Shown here piece after piece: positions 36,757-47,962 of a stretch of 64,000 nt of DNA; within the stretch, counting starts at the first letter, position 1, and each line of letters opens with the position of its first letter. The notes beneath the pieces were generated by a model that had not been told where the DNA came from, did no database searches, and worked only from the letters and a program-made list of their open reading frames with translations. A program made the translations under genes and the position numbers. The DNA comes from a virus: positions 22,316 to 86,315 of the IMG/VR virus record IMGVR_UViG_3300027770_000050; one strand, written 5' to 3'.

Positions 36757-37466
36757 TGGGAGTAATAGCTGGAGTAAATGCTGTCAATGATGGTTTAATT
36801 TTTACCATTGATGCTGGAAACTTTAGATCATATTCTGGTTCTGGAAATACTTCTATTGGTTTAGTAGGTGGTATAGGTGGCACTCTTGTAAATGGAGTTG
36901 GATTTACAAGTACAAACAGTGGAAGTTTTATTTTTGATGGCACAAATGATTATATTGAAGTATCTGATTCTAATTTGCTTGCTTTTGGAACCAATCCTTT
37001 TACTATAGATTTTTGGTTATATTCTACTTATATATATCCAGGATCTGGAACAATTTACAGAACAATTTTGAGTAATTATTTAGATTACCAGGGAGTCTAT
37101 GCTACATTTTTTTATTTGGGTTTATTTAATAATGGCAGCACTTTGATTAATTTTGTAAGTTTCCTAAATTCCTCATCAGGAAATTTAATGGGTTCACTTG
37201 GAGCAAATATAAATGCAAATGAATGGACAAATGTAAATTTCACAAGAAGTGGTGACAACTTAATTTGTTATAAGAATGGTGTTTTAGTATCTACAGTAGT
37301 TTCTACAAATAATTTTTCAGGAACTCGTAATGCAAGAATTGGCGGAGGTGTCGCCTCTGTAAATACGTTTCAAGGGTCTTTACCTTCATTCAAAATCTAC
37401 AATCGAGCATTATCAGCTGCAGAAATCAAACAAAATTACAACGCCACTAAAAAGAGATACATCTAG
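36756..37466 (+). CDS. LamG/concanavalin A-like domain protein 8
   Basis: IDAGNFRSYSGSG, FDGTNDY, YKNGV, IYNRALS. Confidence 0.85.
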   Translation: MGVIAGVNAVNDGLIFTIDAGNFRSYSGSGNTSIGLVGGIGGTLVNGVGFTSTNSGSFIFDGTNDYIEVSDSNLLAFGTNPFTIDFWLYSTYIYPGSGTIYRTILSNYLDYQGVYATFFYLGLFNNGSTLINFVSFLNSSSGNLMGSLGANINANEWTNVNFTRSGDNLICYKNGVLVSTVVSTNNFSGTRNARIGGGVASVNTFQGSLPSFKIYNRALSAAEIKQNYNATKKRYI

Positions 37467-37470
37467 TCGC

Positions 37471-37502
37471 TAGGTCTTATAGGTTATATTTTAGAAAAGT
37501 AT
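37471..37502 (+). promoter_or_regulatory. Putative phage late promoter (TAGG-N19-GAAAAGTAT)
   Basis: Fills the intergenic gap before the 37529 fibre gene. Confidence 0.5.
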
Positions 37503-37528
37503 AAGCATCAACATATGTGGAGTGACTA

Positions 37529-40500
37529 ATGGCTGATCTTAATTTTCCTAACCCTGGTGTACAGCAAACGTATTCATTCGTAGGTAAGACTTGGAATTGG
37601 GATGGACAACGCTGGGCTTTTGCTTCTAGTGGCTCCGGTATTACCAAACTTAATGAACTTACATCTTCAGTTCAAAACTTTTTAATTGGTTATTCTGGGA
37701 CATTTCCAAATATTGTTTCATCTGGATCTGACCATACATTTAATTTTCCATTAGCTGGAATTGCTGCGACAGGTCTTGTAAATACCTCTGCTCAAAGTTT
37801 TGCAGGAGCTAAAACATTTGCTTCCACAACAAATGCAACTTATATAGGTGTTGGTGGTGTTGTTGTTCATGGTGGCATTGCTATATCTGGCAATGCTGCT
37901 ATAGGTGGATCTGCAATATTCACTAATACAAGTAATACAAATACTTTAGCAATTAGAGCTGGAGTACAAGCAAGCACTCTTACATATGTTTTTCCTATTG
38001 GCTCTCCAACATCGGGGCAGATATTATCAGCTTCAGCTCCAGCATCAGGTGTTGTCACTCTTACATGGGCAGATGATCAAACTGGAGCTCCTGCTGGTGG
38101 TATTACTCAACTCAATGGTCTTACTGCATCTACACAAACATTTCAAACTGGTACTTCTGGAGTTGATTTTGGTATATCTTCAACTACTTCAACACACACA
38201 TTCAACCTTCCAGATGCTAGTGCTTCAGCTAGAGGTGCTGTCACTACAGGGTCGCAAACTATTGCTGGTGCTAAAACATTCTCTTCTTCAATTATTGGTA
38301 ATCTGACTGGAACAGCTACTACTTCTGAAAATGTAAATGTAACAACAACAACTAGAAGTCTTACTCACTACTTGACGTTTACCAATGCAACAAGTGGAAG
38401 TGGATTAGCCTTAACTACTAGTGCTGTAGGTATTGGATTTACAGTCAACCCAGCACAAAATACCTTAGCTGCAGGGACGTTCATTGGAAATTTATCTGGA
38501 ACAGCAGCTACAGCCACTAATTTCTATGGAACATTAGTAGGAAATTCTTCAACAGCAACTACTTCTCAAAACGTAAATGTCAATACCACTACTGCTGGTG
38601 GAAGTTTCTTCTTAACATTTACAAATCAATCAAGTGGAAGTGGTTTAGCTTTAACAACATCCACTATTGGTATTGGTTTTACTGTCAATCCTGCTCAAAA
38701 TACACTAGCTGCTGGTACTTTCATTGGTAATCTATCTGGAACGGCTGCTACTGCTACTAATTTCTATGGAACTCATATTGGTAATGTAACAGGAACAGCA
38801 ACTACATCTCAAAATGTTAATGTTACAACCACAACAGCAGGTGGTAATTTCTACCTCACATTTACTAACCAATCAAGTGGATCTGGATTAGCACTTACTA
38901 CTAGCGCTATTGGCATTGGTTTTACTGTAAACCCAGCACAAAACACATTAGCTGCAGGGACATTTATTGGTAATCTATCTGGGACAGCAGCTACAGCAAC
39001 TAATTTCTATGGTACGTTAGTTGGAAATTCATCAACAGCAACTACTTCAGCTAATCTTAACACTGTTGCTGCTACTACTGGTACTGGACATTATTTATTA
39101 TTTAGTCCTGTAAATGGTGCTTCAGGCGTTGCAGTATCTAGTGACGCTCAACTTCAATTTAGTCCCTCAACCAATGTTCTAACTGCTGATGTTTTCAATG
39201 GAAATCTTACTGCTACTGGAGCTACTGTCACAGGCATATTAGATGTTCAAGGAGATGCTGCTCTTGGTAATGCTACAGGAGACACAGTAACATTTAATGC
39301 AAGAATAGGATCTCATTTTAATCCTACTACTGATAATACTTATGATATAGGTTTGCCTTCATTTAGATGGAGAAATGCATACCTCGTAAATATCACTGGT
39401 ACTGCAGTTACAGCAACTAATTTCTATGGAACATTAACTGGTAACGTAACAGGTACAGCAACAACAGCAACAAATATTAATACAACAAGTGCTGATACTG
39501 CTGGAGCACACTATTTACTTTTCAGTCCAACAAATGCTACTGCTTCTGGTGTTGCGGTAAGTTCTGATGCAACTCTACAATTTAATCCTTCAACAAATGT
39601 ATTAACTACAGATGTATTTAGTGGGAACTTTACAGGAACAGCAGCAACTGCTACTAATTTCTACGGAACATTAACTGGTAATGTAACAGGCACAGCAACA
39701 ACAGCACAAAATGTAAATGTTACTACAACAACACTAAGTAATAATTTTTATCTTACATTTACTGGTGCTTCTTCAGGAAGTGGTCTTGCCCTTACTACTA
39801 GTGCAGTCGGATCGGGCTTAACATATAATCCTGCTACTAACACATTATCTGCATTATTCTTTACAGGTACAGCTACAACTACTAGAAATAGTGTTGTTAA
39901 CTCAACAACAATAAGTTCTGATCATTATTTATTATTTGCAAATGCTTCTTCAGGAAGTGGATTAGCTCTTTCTGCTAGTGCTGTAGGTATGGGTCTTACT
40001 TACAATCCAGCTACAAACACTCTTAGTGCTCAATTCTTCACTGGTACTGCAACTACTGCAAGAAATGTAGTAGTCAATACTACAACAAGAAATGCTAATC
40101 ATTATCTGTTATTTAGTCCTGACAGTTCTGGTTCTGGAGTTGCACTAACAACAAGCACAGTTGGCATGGGTCTTACTTACAACCCTGCTACGAATACATT
40201 ATCAGCACAATTCTTTACTGGAACTGCAACTACTGCAAGAAATGTTGATGTAACTTCAACAACAATAAACTCAACACATTATCTTACATTTACTAATGCT
40301 ACATCAGGAAGTGGATTAGCATTAACTACAAGTACTGTTGGAGTTGGGTTGACATACAATCCAGCACAAAATACTTTAGGTTCTGGCACATTTGTTGGTA
40401 ATGTATCAGGTTCTGCCACAACAAGCACATATATAACAGGTATCTTAAGAAACGCTAGTTATGTACAGGGTGATCTTTTAGCTGGAGCGTCTACTGGTAA

Positions 40501-41434
40501 TACTCTTACCAGACTACCTGTTGGAGCAACTAATAGATACTTCTTGAAACCTGATTCAACTACACAATCAGGATTAGGATGGTCAACATTTGCAGGTGTA
40601 TTTGTAACATCACTAGCTCCTGTATATCCAGCTTTCACTCTACTTGAAGGTGATCTCTGGTACAAAGTTGACGACGGTTCATTCAACGTTTATTACACTG
40701 ACGTAGATGAAACAGCTCAATGGGTTGAAATTGTAAGTGCTGGTGGTGCTGGTGGAGGAAGTGCAACTCCTGCTGGATCAAATACAAACGTTCAGTTCAA
40801 CGACAGTAGTGCTTTTGGAGGAGTAGCTGATTTTACATTCTCAAAAGATGTGCCCTCTTTAGCTATAAAAAGTTTTCCAACAGAAAGTCCATCCAGTTCT
40901 ACTGCAGCTATAGTATTAACAGGTACTGGAGTTAATTTTAGTGGAAGCGTCAATGGTACATTCCTTGCAATAAACTCGGCAAGTGGCTTCTCTGGTAATA
41001 TGATAGACGCAAGGAAGAATGGAACAACACAATTTAGTGTCAATAATGATGGAAGCACTTATATTGCAACTCTTAACTCTAATGGTACTGTTTATTCTAA
41101 CTCTGGAGTATTAACTAACTCAAATCCATCTGATCAAAACTTAAAAGAAAATATTCAGTCAATGATTGGTGGAACAACAATTGTAAATCAATTAAATCCA
41201 GTTTCTTTTGAATGGAAATCAGGTGTTGGTGGAACTGGAACTAAATATGGATTTATTGCTCAAGAAGTTCAAGCAGTCATTCCTGATATTGTTTCTACTG
41301 ATCAATCAGGCACTGTTGGTATAGATACAGTATCTATAATACCTTTCCTTGTAAAATCAATTAAGGAACAGCAAGAAACAATAGAACAGTTGAGAGCAGA
41401 AATTCAATTTATAAAAACTGAACTTGGAATATAA
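37529..41434 (+). CDS. Tail fibre protein with C-terminal peptidase S74-type intramolecular chaperone
   Basis: N-terminal LNFP...GKTWNWDG, ~55-75-aa TATT.NVN...HYL.F...SG.AL...NP..N.L repeats, C-terminal SDQNLKENI...LNPVSFEWK...YGFIAQEV...LVKSIKE coiled coil. Confidence 0.88.
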   Translation: MADLNFPNPGVQQTYSFVGKTWNWDGQRWAFASSGSGITKLNELTSSVQNFLIGYSGTFPNIVSSGSDHTFNFPLAGIAATGLVNTSAQSFAGAKTFASTTNATYIGVGGVVVHGGIAISGNAAIGGSAIFTNTSNTNTLAIRAGVQASTLTYVFPIGSPTSGQILSASAPASGVVTLTWADDQTGAPAGGITQLNGLTASTQTFQTGTSGVDFGISSTTSTHTFNLPDASASARGAVTTGSQTIAGAKTFSSSIIGNLTGTATTSENVNVTTTTRSLTHYLTFTNATSGSGLALTTSAVGIGFTVNPAQNTLAAGTFIGNLSGTAATATNFYGTLVGNSSTATTSQNVNVNTTTAGGSFFLTFTNQSSGSGLALTTSTIGIGFTVNPAQNTLAAGTFIGNLSGTAATATNFYGTHIGNVTGTATTSQNVNVTTTTAGGNFYLTFTNQSSGSGLALTTSAIGIGFTVNPAQNTLAAGTFIGNLSGTAATATNFYGTLVGNSSTATTSANLNTVAATTGTGHYLLFSPVNGASGVAVSSDAQLQFSPSTNVLTADVFNGNLTATGATVTGILDVQGDAALGNATGDTVTFNARIGSHFNPTTDNTYDIGLPSFRWRNAYLVNITGTAVTATNFYGTLTGNVTGTATTATNINTTSADTAGAHYLLFSPTNATASGVAVSSDATLQFNPSTNVLTTDVFSGNFTGTAATATNFYGTLTGNVTGTATTAQNVNVTTTTLSNNFYLTFTGASSGSGLALTTSAVGSGLTYNPATNTLSALFFTGTATTTRNSVVNSTTISSDHYLLFANASSGSGLALSASAVGMGLTYNPATNTLSAQFFTGTATTARNVVVNTTTRNANHYLLFSPDSSGSGVALTTSTVGMGLTYNPATNTLSAQFFTGTATTARNVDVTSTTINSTHYLTFTNATSGSGLALTTSTVGVGLTYNPAQNTLGSGTFVGNVSGSATTSTYITGILRNASYVQGDLLAGASTGNTLTRLPVGATNRYFLKPDSTTQSGLGWSTFAGVFVTSLAPVYPAFTLLEGDLWYKVDDGSFNVYYTDVDETAQWVEIVSAGGAGGGSATPAGSNTNVQFNDSSAFGGVADFTFSKDVPSLAIKSFPTESPSSSTAAIVLTGTGVNFSGSVNGTFLAINSASGFSGNMIDARKNGTTQFSVNNDGSTYIATLNSNGTVYSNSGVLTNSNPSDQNLKENIQSMIGGTTIVNQLNPVSFEWKSGVGGTGTKYGFIAQEVQAVIPDIVSTDQSGTVGIDTVSIIPFLVKSIKEQQETIEQLRAEIQFIKTELGI

Positions 41435-41437
41435 AAT

Positions 41438-44400
41438 ATGCCAGATATAGATTTTCCAGTAAACCCATCCCTAAATGCAACCTACTCGAAAGACGGTAAA
41501 ACATGGATTTGGGATGGGTCTAGATGGAGAACAAATAATATACTTTCTTACAGTGGCGGAGGAACAGGTTATGCTTCTTACAACACTGGAGACTTACTTG
41601 TTGGAACAGGGAATTCATTAATAAAATTCCCTGTTGGACAAAATAATTTTCAATATTTGAGAGTTGATTCAGCCAATTCTGCATCTGGTGTTACTTGGAT
41701 ATCATTACCACTAGCTGGAAGTGGACAATCAGGATTAGTCTCAACACTAACCCAAACATTCTCTGGTGCTAAAACATTTTCAAGTTCTATAATTGGTAAT
41801 CTAACAGGCTCTGCTACTACATCAGAAAATGTAAATGTAACAACAACAACTAGAAGTCTTACTCACTATCTAACATTTACTAATCAAACAAGTGGAAGTG
41901 GATTAGCTTTAACTACTAGTGCTATTGGTATTGGATTTACAGTTAATCCAGCACAAAACACACTGGCTGCAGGAACATTTGTAGGTAATCTAAGTGGAAC
42001 AGCAGCCACTACAAGTTTCTTAAAAGTTACATCAACCTCAGGAACTGCTCTTAATATAGCTGATAGAGTTACCGTTTATACCGTTGATAACTTTGAAGGT
42101 TTGAATATAAATTCTAATTACAGTTACGCATTAAGTGTTCAAGATAAAGCAAATAATAATAAATTTATTGTTGATGTTGGAAATGCAAGAACTATATTTA
42201 CTGGTAATTCTGCTGCTCATGAAATTAGAGTTTATAATAACAACGAATCAGCTTATTTTGGATTGAAAGCTAATTCAACAGGTACACAAACATATATACT
42301 TCCCCCTGGTGCTCCTTCTACAGGTTCTTCAATATTACAATCTGACAATCTTGGAAACATGATTTGGGTACCGATGGCTACTGGTGGATTGACTAATGCA
42401 ATTACTTCAATCAATAGTCAGACTGGTCCATCTATCACATTACAAAAAGGAAGTTCGGGCACTGATTTTGACATAGCCACTACTTCAAACACAGTTACAT
42501 TTAATCTTCCTGACGCAAGTGCTTCTAATAGAGGATTAGTAACGACAGGGTCTCAAACATTTGCAGGGACTAAAACTTTTTCCAGTTCAATATCTGGAAA
42601 CCTCTCAGGAACAGCCACTACTTCTCAAAATGTAAACACTGCTGCATATACTAATAATAATGTACATTACCTTACATTCACACTTCAAAATAATGGAGCT
42701 GGAGCAGCTTTATCTACTTCTAATACAGCAGGTAAATTAACATATAGACCAGCTGATGAGCAACTAAGTGTTACTTTTCTTACAGGAACAGCTTTTACTG
42801 CTACTAATCTAACTGGAACATTGTTTGGTAATGTGACAGGAACTTCTACTACATCGCAAAATGTAAACACTAATGTTTACACAAACAACAGTGTTCATTA
42901 TCTAATATTTACTTTGCAAGGCAGCGGTTCAGGTGCAGCTTTATCTACTTCTAATTCAGCAGGTAGACTAACTTATAGACCAGCTGATGAACAATTAAGC
43001 GTAACAAATCTTACAGGTACTGCTTTTACTGCTACTAATTTCTACGGATCATTGACAGGAAATGTTACAGGAACAGCTACTTCATCACAAAATGTAAACA
43101 CAAATGTTTTTACAAATAACAGTGTTCATTATCTAACATTTACGTTGCAAGGTAATGGATCTGGTGCTGCACTTTCTACATCAAATTTTGCTGGAAAACT
43201 TACATACAGACCTACGGATGAGCAACTTAGTGTAACTTTTATCACAGGAACTGCTTTCACTGCTACAAATCTTTATGGAACATTATTTGGAAATGTTACT
43301 GGAACTTCAACTACTTCACAAAATGTAAATGTTACCACAACTACTAGAAGTGCAACTCACTATCTTACATTTACTAATGCTACTAACGGATCAGGACTAG
43401 CTTTAACTACTAGCTCTATTGGTATTGGATTTACAGTTAATCCAGCACAAAATACTTTAGCAGCAGGAACTTTTGTAGGTGATTTGAGTGGTACAGCTGT
43501 AACGACTAGTTTCTTGAAAGTAATATCAACTTCAGGAACTGCTTTAAATATTGCTGATAGAGTTACAGTATATACTGTTGACAACTTTGAAGGTTTGAAT
43601 ATAAGTTCAAATTACAATTTTGCATTAAGTGTTCAAGACAAATCAAATAATAATAAATTTATTGTTGATGTTGGCAATGCAAGAACTATATTTACCGGCA
43701 GTTCTGCTGATCATGAAATAAGAGTTTATAATCAAAACCAATCATCATATTTTGGATTAAAAGCTAACGCTACAGGAAGTGTTACATATATTCTTCCTCC
43801 GGGTAAACCATCTACTGGCTCCTCAATTTTACAGTCTGATGATTCTGGAAATATGATTTGGGTTCCAATGACTACTGGTGGGTTGGCAAACGCTGTCACC
43901 TCTATAAATAGTCAAACAGGTCCAGCAATTACTCTGCAAACTGGAAGTTCTGGAACTGATTTTGCTATAAGTCAATCTGCAAATACAATTACTTTTAATC
44001 TTCCTGATGCAAGTGCTTCAAACAGAGGATTAGTAACTACAGGTTCACAAACTATAGCTGGATCTAAAACATTTTCAAGTTCCATACTAGGTAATCTTTC
44101 TGGTACATCCACAACATCTGAAAATGTAAACGTAAACACAACAACAAGAAGTATTGATCACTATCTTATATTTACTAACTCATCATCAGGTAGTGGAGTT
44201 GCATTAACAACTAGCACTGTTGGTAGTGGATTAACATATAATCCTGCTACAAATACTCTCAATGCTCTATTCTTTACGGGAACAGCTACTAGTTCAAGAA
44301 ATGTACATACTGCTCAATACACTAATAACAATGTACACTATCTTACATTCACACTTCAAGGAAGTGGAGCTGGAGCAGCTCTGTCTACTTCAGGTACAGC

Positions 44401-45874
44401 AGGAAAACTTACATACAGACCAGCTGATGAACAATTAAGTGTAACTTACATCACAGGTACAGCTTTTACTGCCACTAATCTTTATGGAACATTAATTGGC
44501 AATGTAACAGGTACAGCAACAACTTCAGAAAATGTAAACGTAAATACAACAACTAGAAGTATAGATCATTATCTGTTGTTTACAAATAGATCAAGTGGTT
44601 CTGGAGTTGCATTAACAACAAGCATAGTTGGTATGGGTTTAACTTACAATCCTGCCACAAATACTTTAGCAGCTCAATTTTTTACTGGGACAGCCACAAC
44701 ATCTAGTAATGTTGTTGTTAATACTACTACTATAAACCAGAATCATTTTCTGTTATTTTCAAATAGATCAAGTGGTTCTGGGATAGCGTTAACTGCAAGC
44801 ACTATTGGAATTGGATTTACTGTAAATCCAGCAGAAAATACATTATCAGCTGGATTATTTGCTGGAAATATTTCAGGTACTGGTGCTACTTTTGCAAGAG
44901 CTACATTTACTGATAACACTGAAGCAACTGATCAATTAACAGGTTCTGTAACATTTGCTGGTGGGATTGCTGTAAATAAAAAAGTATTTTCTCAAGCTAT
45001 TGAAACTAATGGAAATGCAATTATAAATGGTAATTTTCAAGCATTTGGTTCAATAATACAACTTGGAAATGCAGGATTAGCAGACACAATTGGATTTATT
45101 TGCAGAATTCAATCTATGATGATCCCTCAAGCTAATAACTCTTTTGATATTGGATTAAATGATGGCAGTTATGGTTGGAGAAATGCTGCATTTGCAGGGC
45201 ATGGAACATTTGCTAATTTATACGGATCTACTTCAGCTAATCTTACTGGTGTTGAATTTAGCGGAGGAGATGTATTAGTAAAAAGTGGTAAGTCAGTTAA
45301 ATTTTATGAAGCAAATAACACTTACAACACTTCTTTCAAAGCTAACTCAAGTTTAGCTGGAAATACTGATTACACTCTACCTGTCGGAAAACCTGGAACT
45401 GGAGCTTCAATCTTACAATCAGACACTGCTGGTTCTATGATATGGGTGAAAGCTGCAAGTAATAAAGCAACATATGTACTAAGCTTTGGTGCTGGTTTTA
45501 CTCCAACAACAGGTTTAGATAGTGTATCTATTGCTATTCCTTATGCTAATGATGGAAGTACACAATTAACATACACTATAAAGAGAGTAGAAGTTAGAAC
45601 TGAAACTGAACCTGGAGCATCAACATTAGCATTTTATTTTGAAAGACACACAACTGGAAATGCAACATGGACAGTTTCACCTATCACAATTAAGGGAGCA
45701 GCTAGTGCAAACTTTAGTGTAGCTCAAAACAATTATTCAAATTCATTTACAACAATAACTTCAAGTTCTGGAAATAATGGAGAAGTTCAATCAGGAAACT
45801 ATTTAAGAGTTAATTTTGCAACTGTTGGAGCTGCTGCAAATGTAAGCATATCTATAATGATCCAAGAAAATTAA
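41438..45874 (+). CDS. Tail fibre protein with internal duplication
   Basis: N-terminal IDFP...GKTWIWDG; shared repeats; TSFLKV.STSGTALNIADRVTVYTVDNFEGLNI block present twice; distinct beta-rich C-terminal tip. Confidence 0.85.
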   Translation: MPDIDFPVNPSLNATYSKDGKTWIWDGSRWRTNNILSYSGGGTGYASYNTGDLLVGTGNSLIKFPVGQNNFQYLRVDSANSASGVTWISLPLAGSGQSGLVSTLTQTFSGAKTFSSSIIGNLTGSATTSENVNVTTTTRSLTHYLTFTNQTSGSGLALTTSAIGIGFTVNPAQNTLAAGTFVGNLSGTAATTSFLKVTSTSGTALNIADRVTVYTVDNFEGLNINSNYSYALSVQDKANNNKFIVDVGNARTIFTGNSAAHEIRVYNNNESAYFGLKANSTGTQTYILPPGAPSTGSSILQSDNLGNMIWVPMATGGLTNAITSINSQTGPSITLQKGSSGTDFDIATTSNTVTFNLPDASASNRGLVTTGSQTFAGTKTFSSSISGNLSGTATTSQNVNTAAYTNNNVHYLTFTLQNNGAGAALSTSNTAGKLTYRPADEQLSVTFLTGTAFTATNLTGTLFGNVTGTSTTSQNVNTNVYTNNSVHYLIFTLQGSGSGAALSTSNSAGRLTYRPADEQLSVTNLTGTAFTATNFYGSLTGNVTGTATSSQNVNTNVFTNNSVHYLTFTLQGNGSGAALSTSNFAGKLTYRPTDEQLSVTFITGTAFTATNLYGTLFGNVTGTSTTSQNVNVTTTTRSATHYLTFTNATNGSGLALTTSSIGIGFTVNPAQNTLAAGTFVGDLSGTAVTTSFLKVISTSGTALNIADRVTVYTVDNFEGLNISSNYNFALSVQDKSNNNKFIVDVGNARTIFTGSSADHEIRVYNQNQSSYFGLKANATGSVTYILPPGKPSTGSSILQSDDSGNMIWVPMTTGGLANAVTSINSQTGPAITLQTGSSGTDFAISQSANTITFNLPDASASNRGLVTTGSQTIAGSKTFSSSILGNLSGTSTTSENVNVNTTTRSIDHYLIFTNSSSGSGVALTTSTVGSGLTYNPATNTLNALFFTGTATSSRNVHTAQYTNNNVHYLTFTLQGSGAGAALSTSGTAGKLTYRPADEQLSVTYITGTAFTATNLYGTLIGNVTGTATTSENVNVNTTTRSIDHYLLFTNRSSGSGVALTTSIVGMGLTYNPATNTLAAQFFTGTATTSSNVVVNTTTINQNHFLLFSNRSSGSGIALTASTIGIGFTVNPAENTLSAGLFAGNISGTGATFARATFTDNTEATDQLTGSVTFAGGIAVNKKVFSQAIETNGNAIINGNFQAFGSIIQLGNAGLADTIGFICRIQSMMIPQANNSFDIGLNDGSYGWRNAAFAGHGTFANLYGSTSANLTGVEFSGGDVLVKSGKSVKFYEANNTYNTSFKANSSLAGNTDYTLPVGKPGTGASILQSDTAGSMIWVKAASNKATYVLSFGAGFTPTTGLDSVSIAIPYANDGSTQLTYTIKRVEVRTETEPGASTLAFYFERHTTGNATWTVSPITIKGAASANFSVAQNNYSNSFTTITSSSGNNGEVQSGNYLRVNFATVGAAANVSISIMIQEN
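41820..44130 (+). repeat. Intragenic direct duplication (~41820-42630 vs ~43315-44130)
   Basis: Near-identical peptide blocks ~1.5 kb apart with long DNA matches such as AAATAATAATAAATTTATTGTTGATGTTGG. Confidence 0.85.
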
Positions 45875-46425
45875 TTCATTTTAGCTACATAAACAGCTCT
45901 TCTTCTTCCACTACCACCACCAGAAGTGTACTCTTGACTTATAGAATATGAGCAACCAATAAAATCACACTGAACAGTTCCCGATCCACCTGAAGCTTTA
46001 AACCTTGCAGAAATAGCAGACAAAGAAAAAACATCTGTAATAGTTAATCCCCAGTAAGTATTATCTCCAGTCCATGTTTGTGATTGTACTGCTCCACCAC
46101 CTGTCATAGTGTAAGTTTTTGTACTAACTAAAGAACCATCTTGATAAAGTTCCATAGTTCCAGTTCCGCCAACAATTACAGCAGTTTGAATTTCTATAGC
46201 TAAACTTGAAAGAGTTGCATTGCCAGTAGCATTTTCACCACCACCGGGAGGACCTACCAACCAGTTTTCATTAGGAGAAGAAGCAACAAGATATTGTGTT
46301 GCATACGCTGAAGAAGCATTTGTAGCGTCATCAGCTAAAATATTTCCTTCATTTGTCCAATTGTTTCCAACTCCAGTTTTTGAAGCAGCTCCAAAATTTG
46401 AACCAGACCTAGTATAAGTTGGCAT
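45871..46425 (-). CDS. Gly/Ser/Thr-rich hypothetical virion-type protein, opposite orientation to the fibre locus
   Basis: 184-aa ORF, AGGAG RBS at 46435-46431, stop overlaps the stop of the 1478-aa gene (TTAA 45871-45874). Confidence 0.8.
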   Translation of the reverse strand: MPTYTRSGSNFGAASKTGVGNNWTNEGNILADDATNASSAYATQYLVASSPNENWLVGPPGGGENATGNATLSSLAIEIQTAVIVGGTGTMELYQDGSLVSTKTYTMTGGGAVQSQTWTGDNTYWGLTITDVFSLSAISARFKASGGSGTVQCDFIGCSYSISQEYTSGGGSGRRRAVYVAKMN

Positions 46426-46440
46426 AAAAACTCCTATTTA

Positions 46441-46473
46441 CAAGGTTATATGTACAAGATTTAAGTATAGAAA
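46441..46473 (+). promoter_or_regulatory. Putative late promoter variant (CAAGG-N19-GTATAGAAA)
   Basis: Intergenic, before 46498. Confidence 0.35.
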
Positions 46474-46497
46474 ACTATTCCCAAAATCAAAAAAATA

Positions 46498-47895
46498 ATG
46501 AGTCACGTTGTAAATCCAAATATACCTTTAGATGGTTTAATTTATTATATAGATCCATCTAATAGAAGATGCTTTTCAGGTTCAGGTGTAAATATTAATA
46601 ATTTAGTCACTTCTGGATTTGGAGGTACTTTATTTAATGGAACTACTACAGACGCAGAACTTAGAAAATCATTTATTTTTGATGGTTCTAATGATTATAT
46701 TACAGTTCCGTTACCGTATCCACTTACTACTGGAAGTTCTTTATCAATTTCATTATGGGCAAAATGGTTATCTGTAGGAAGTGGATCTACAAGGATACAA
46801 ACATTAGTTGATAATTCATTTTACGACAATGCTACTTCATATGGATTTGTTTTACAAGATAGACCTGATTTAGGTGGTGTTTTAGAATGGGCAGCTTCTC
46901 CGGGTAGTGGTGTTACAAGAGTTAGAACATCTTATTCTTTTGGTGATAATAACTGGCATCATATTGTAGCAACTAATAATGGAACAACTTCTAAATTATA
47001 TGTTGATGGAGTTAGTAATGCTTCAACACAGCTTGCAAATGGAATTGGTAACACTCAATCAACACTTGCTTTTGGAAGAAGAAACAGTGATGCAAGTAGA
47101 TATTTAAACGGATACTTATCAAATATTAAAATTTACAATAGAGAATTGACTGAAATTGAAATTGCACAAGATTATTATGCTTTAAGATCTAAATTTTATC
47201 CATTTCCGAATTATTCAACAAATGGATTAGTTCTCTATTATGATTTATCACAAACTGAAAGTTATCCTGGAAGTGGATCTGATATTTATGATTTATCTGC
47301 ATATACCAATGATGGTTCTTTATTAAATAATCCTACATACGTTTCATCAGGAGGAGGATATTTATCTTTTGATGGAGCTGATGATTTTGTTGCTTTAGAT
47401 AAAACAACAAGTATAAAGTTTACTAGAGATATGTCAATGGAAGCTTGGTTTACTGTAAATGCTGCCAACGATTCATTTGTTTGTGTTCTAGGATCTCAAT
47501 ATGGAACAGGGAACAACAATTCATATGCAATTTGGTTATATGATTTTGTATTGCAATCAGGAGTTTTAGTCACTTCTGTAATGCAAAACTTGACATATCC
47601 AGGATCTATTTCTTATGACACTTGGTATCACATTATTCACACATATGATGGCTCAAATCAATATATGTATGTAAATGGATCTCTTGCAGCATCAGGAGTA
47701 ACATCAGGAAATATTCTTCACAATGACAATAATACAAAAGTGACAATAGGTGCAGATTATGAAGTTGGATATAACTCTGGATTAAACGGATTTATGAAAG
47801 GAAGAGTGGGTTTAGTGCGTCTTTACAACAGAGCATTGTCGCAAGCTGAAGTAACTCAAAATTTTAATGACAGCAGAGCAAGATTTGGTTTATAA
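46498..47895 (+). CDS. Two-domain LamG/concanavalin A-like protein
   Basis: Two fused copies of the unit in the 31.9-37.5 kb array (GLIYYIDPSN...IYNRELT; GLVLYYD...LYNRALS...RFGL). Confidence 0.85.
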   Translation: MSHVVNPNIPLDGLIYYIDPSNRRCFSGSGVNINNLVTSGFGGTLFNGTTTDAELRKSFIFDGSNDYITVPLPYPLTTGSSLSISLWAKWLSVGSGSTRIQTLVDNSFYDNATSYGFVLQDRPDLGGVLEWAASPGSGVTRVRTSYSFGDNNWHHIVATNNGTTSKLYVDGVSNASTQLANGIGNTQSTLAFGRRNSDASRYLNGYLSNIKIYNRELTEIEIAQDYYALRSKFYPFPNYSTNGLVLYYDLSQTESYPGSGSDIYDLSAYTNDGSLLNNPTYVSSGGGYLSFDGADDFVALDKTTSIKFTRDMSMEAWFTVNAANDSFVCVLGSQYGTGNNNSYAIWLYDFVLQSGVLVTSVMQNLTYPGSISYDTWYHIIHTYDGSNQYMYVNGSLAASGVTSGNILHNDNNTKVTIGADYEVGYNSGLNGFMKGRVGLVRLYNRALSQAEVTQNFNDSRARFGL

Positions 47896-47962
47896 AAATC
47901 TTGCAATATTTTTGTCTCCTCGTAGAGAATATTTAAACGTATTGTATTTTTTGGAACAATAA

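Noticed and set aside
33280-36760. CRISPR-like regularly spaced repeats at LamG gene junctions
   Set aside because: Spacing is ~690 nt of coding sequence and repeats vary at codon third positions; no cas genes
31875-37466. Diversity-generating retroelement or shufflon acting on the LamG array
   Set aside because: No reverse transcriptase, no TR/VR pair differing only at adenines, no invertase or inverted crossover sites seen; all copies are intact, co-oriented genes
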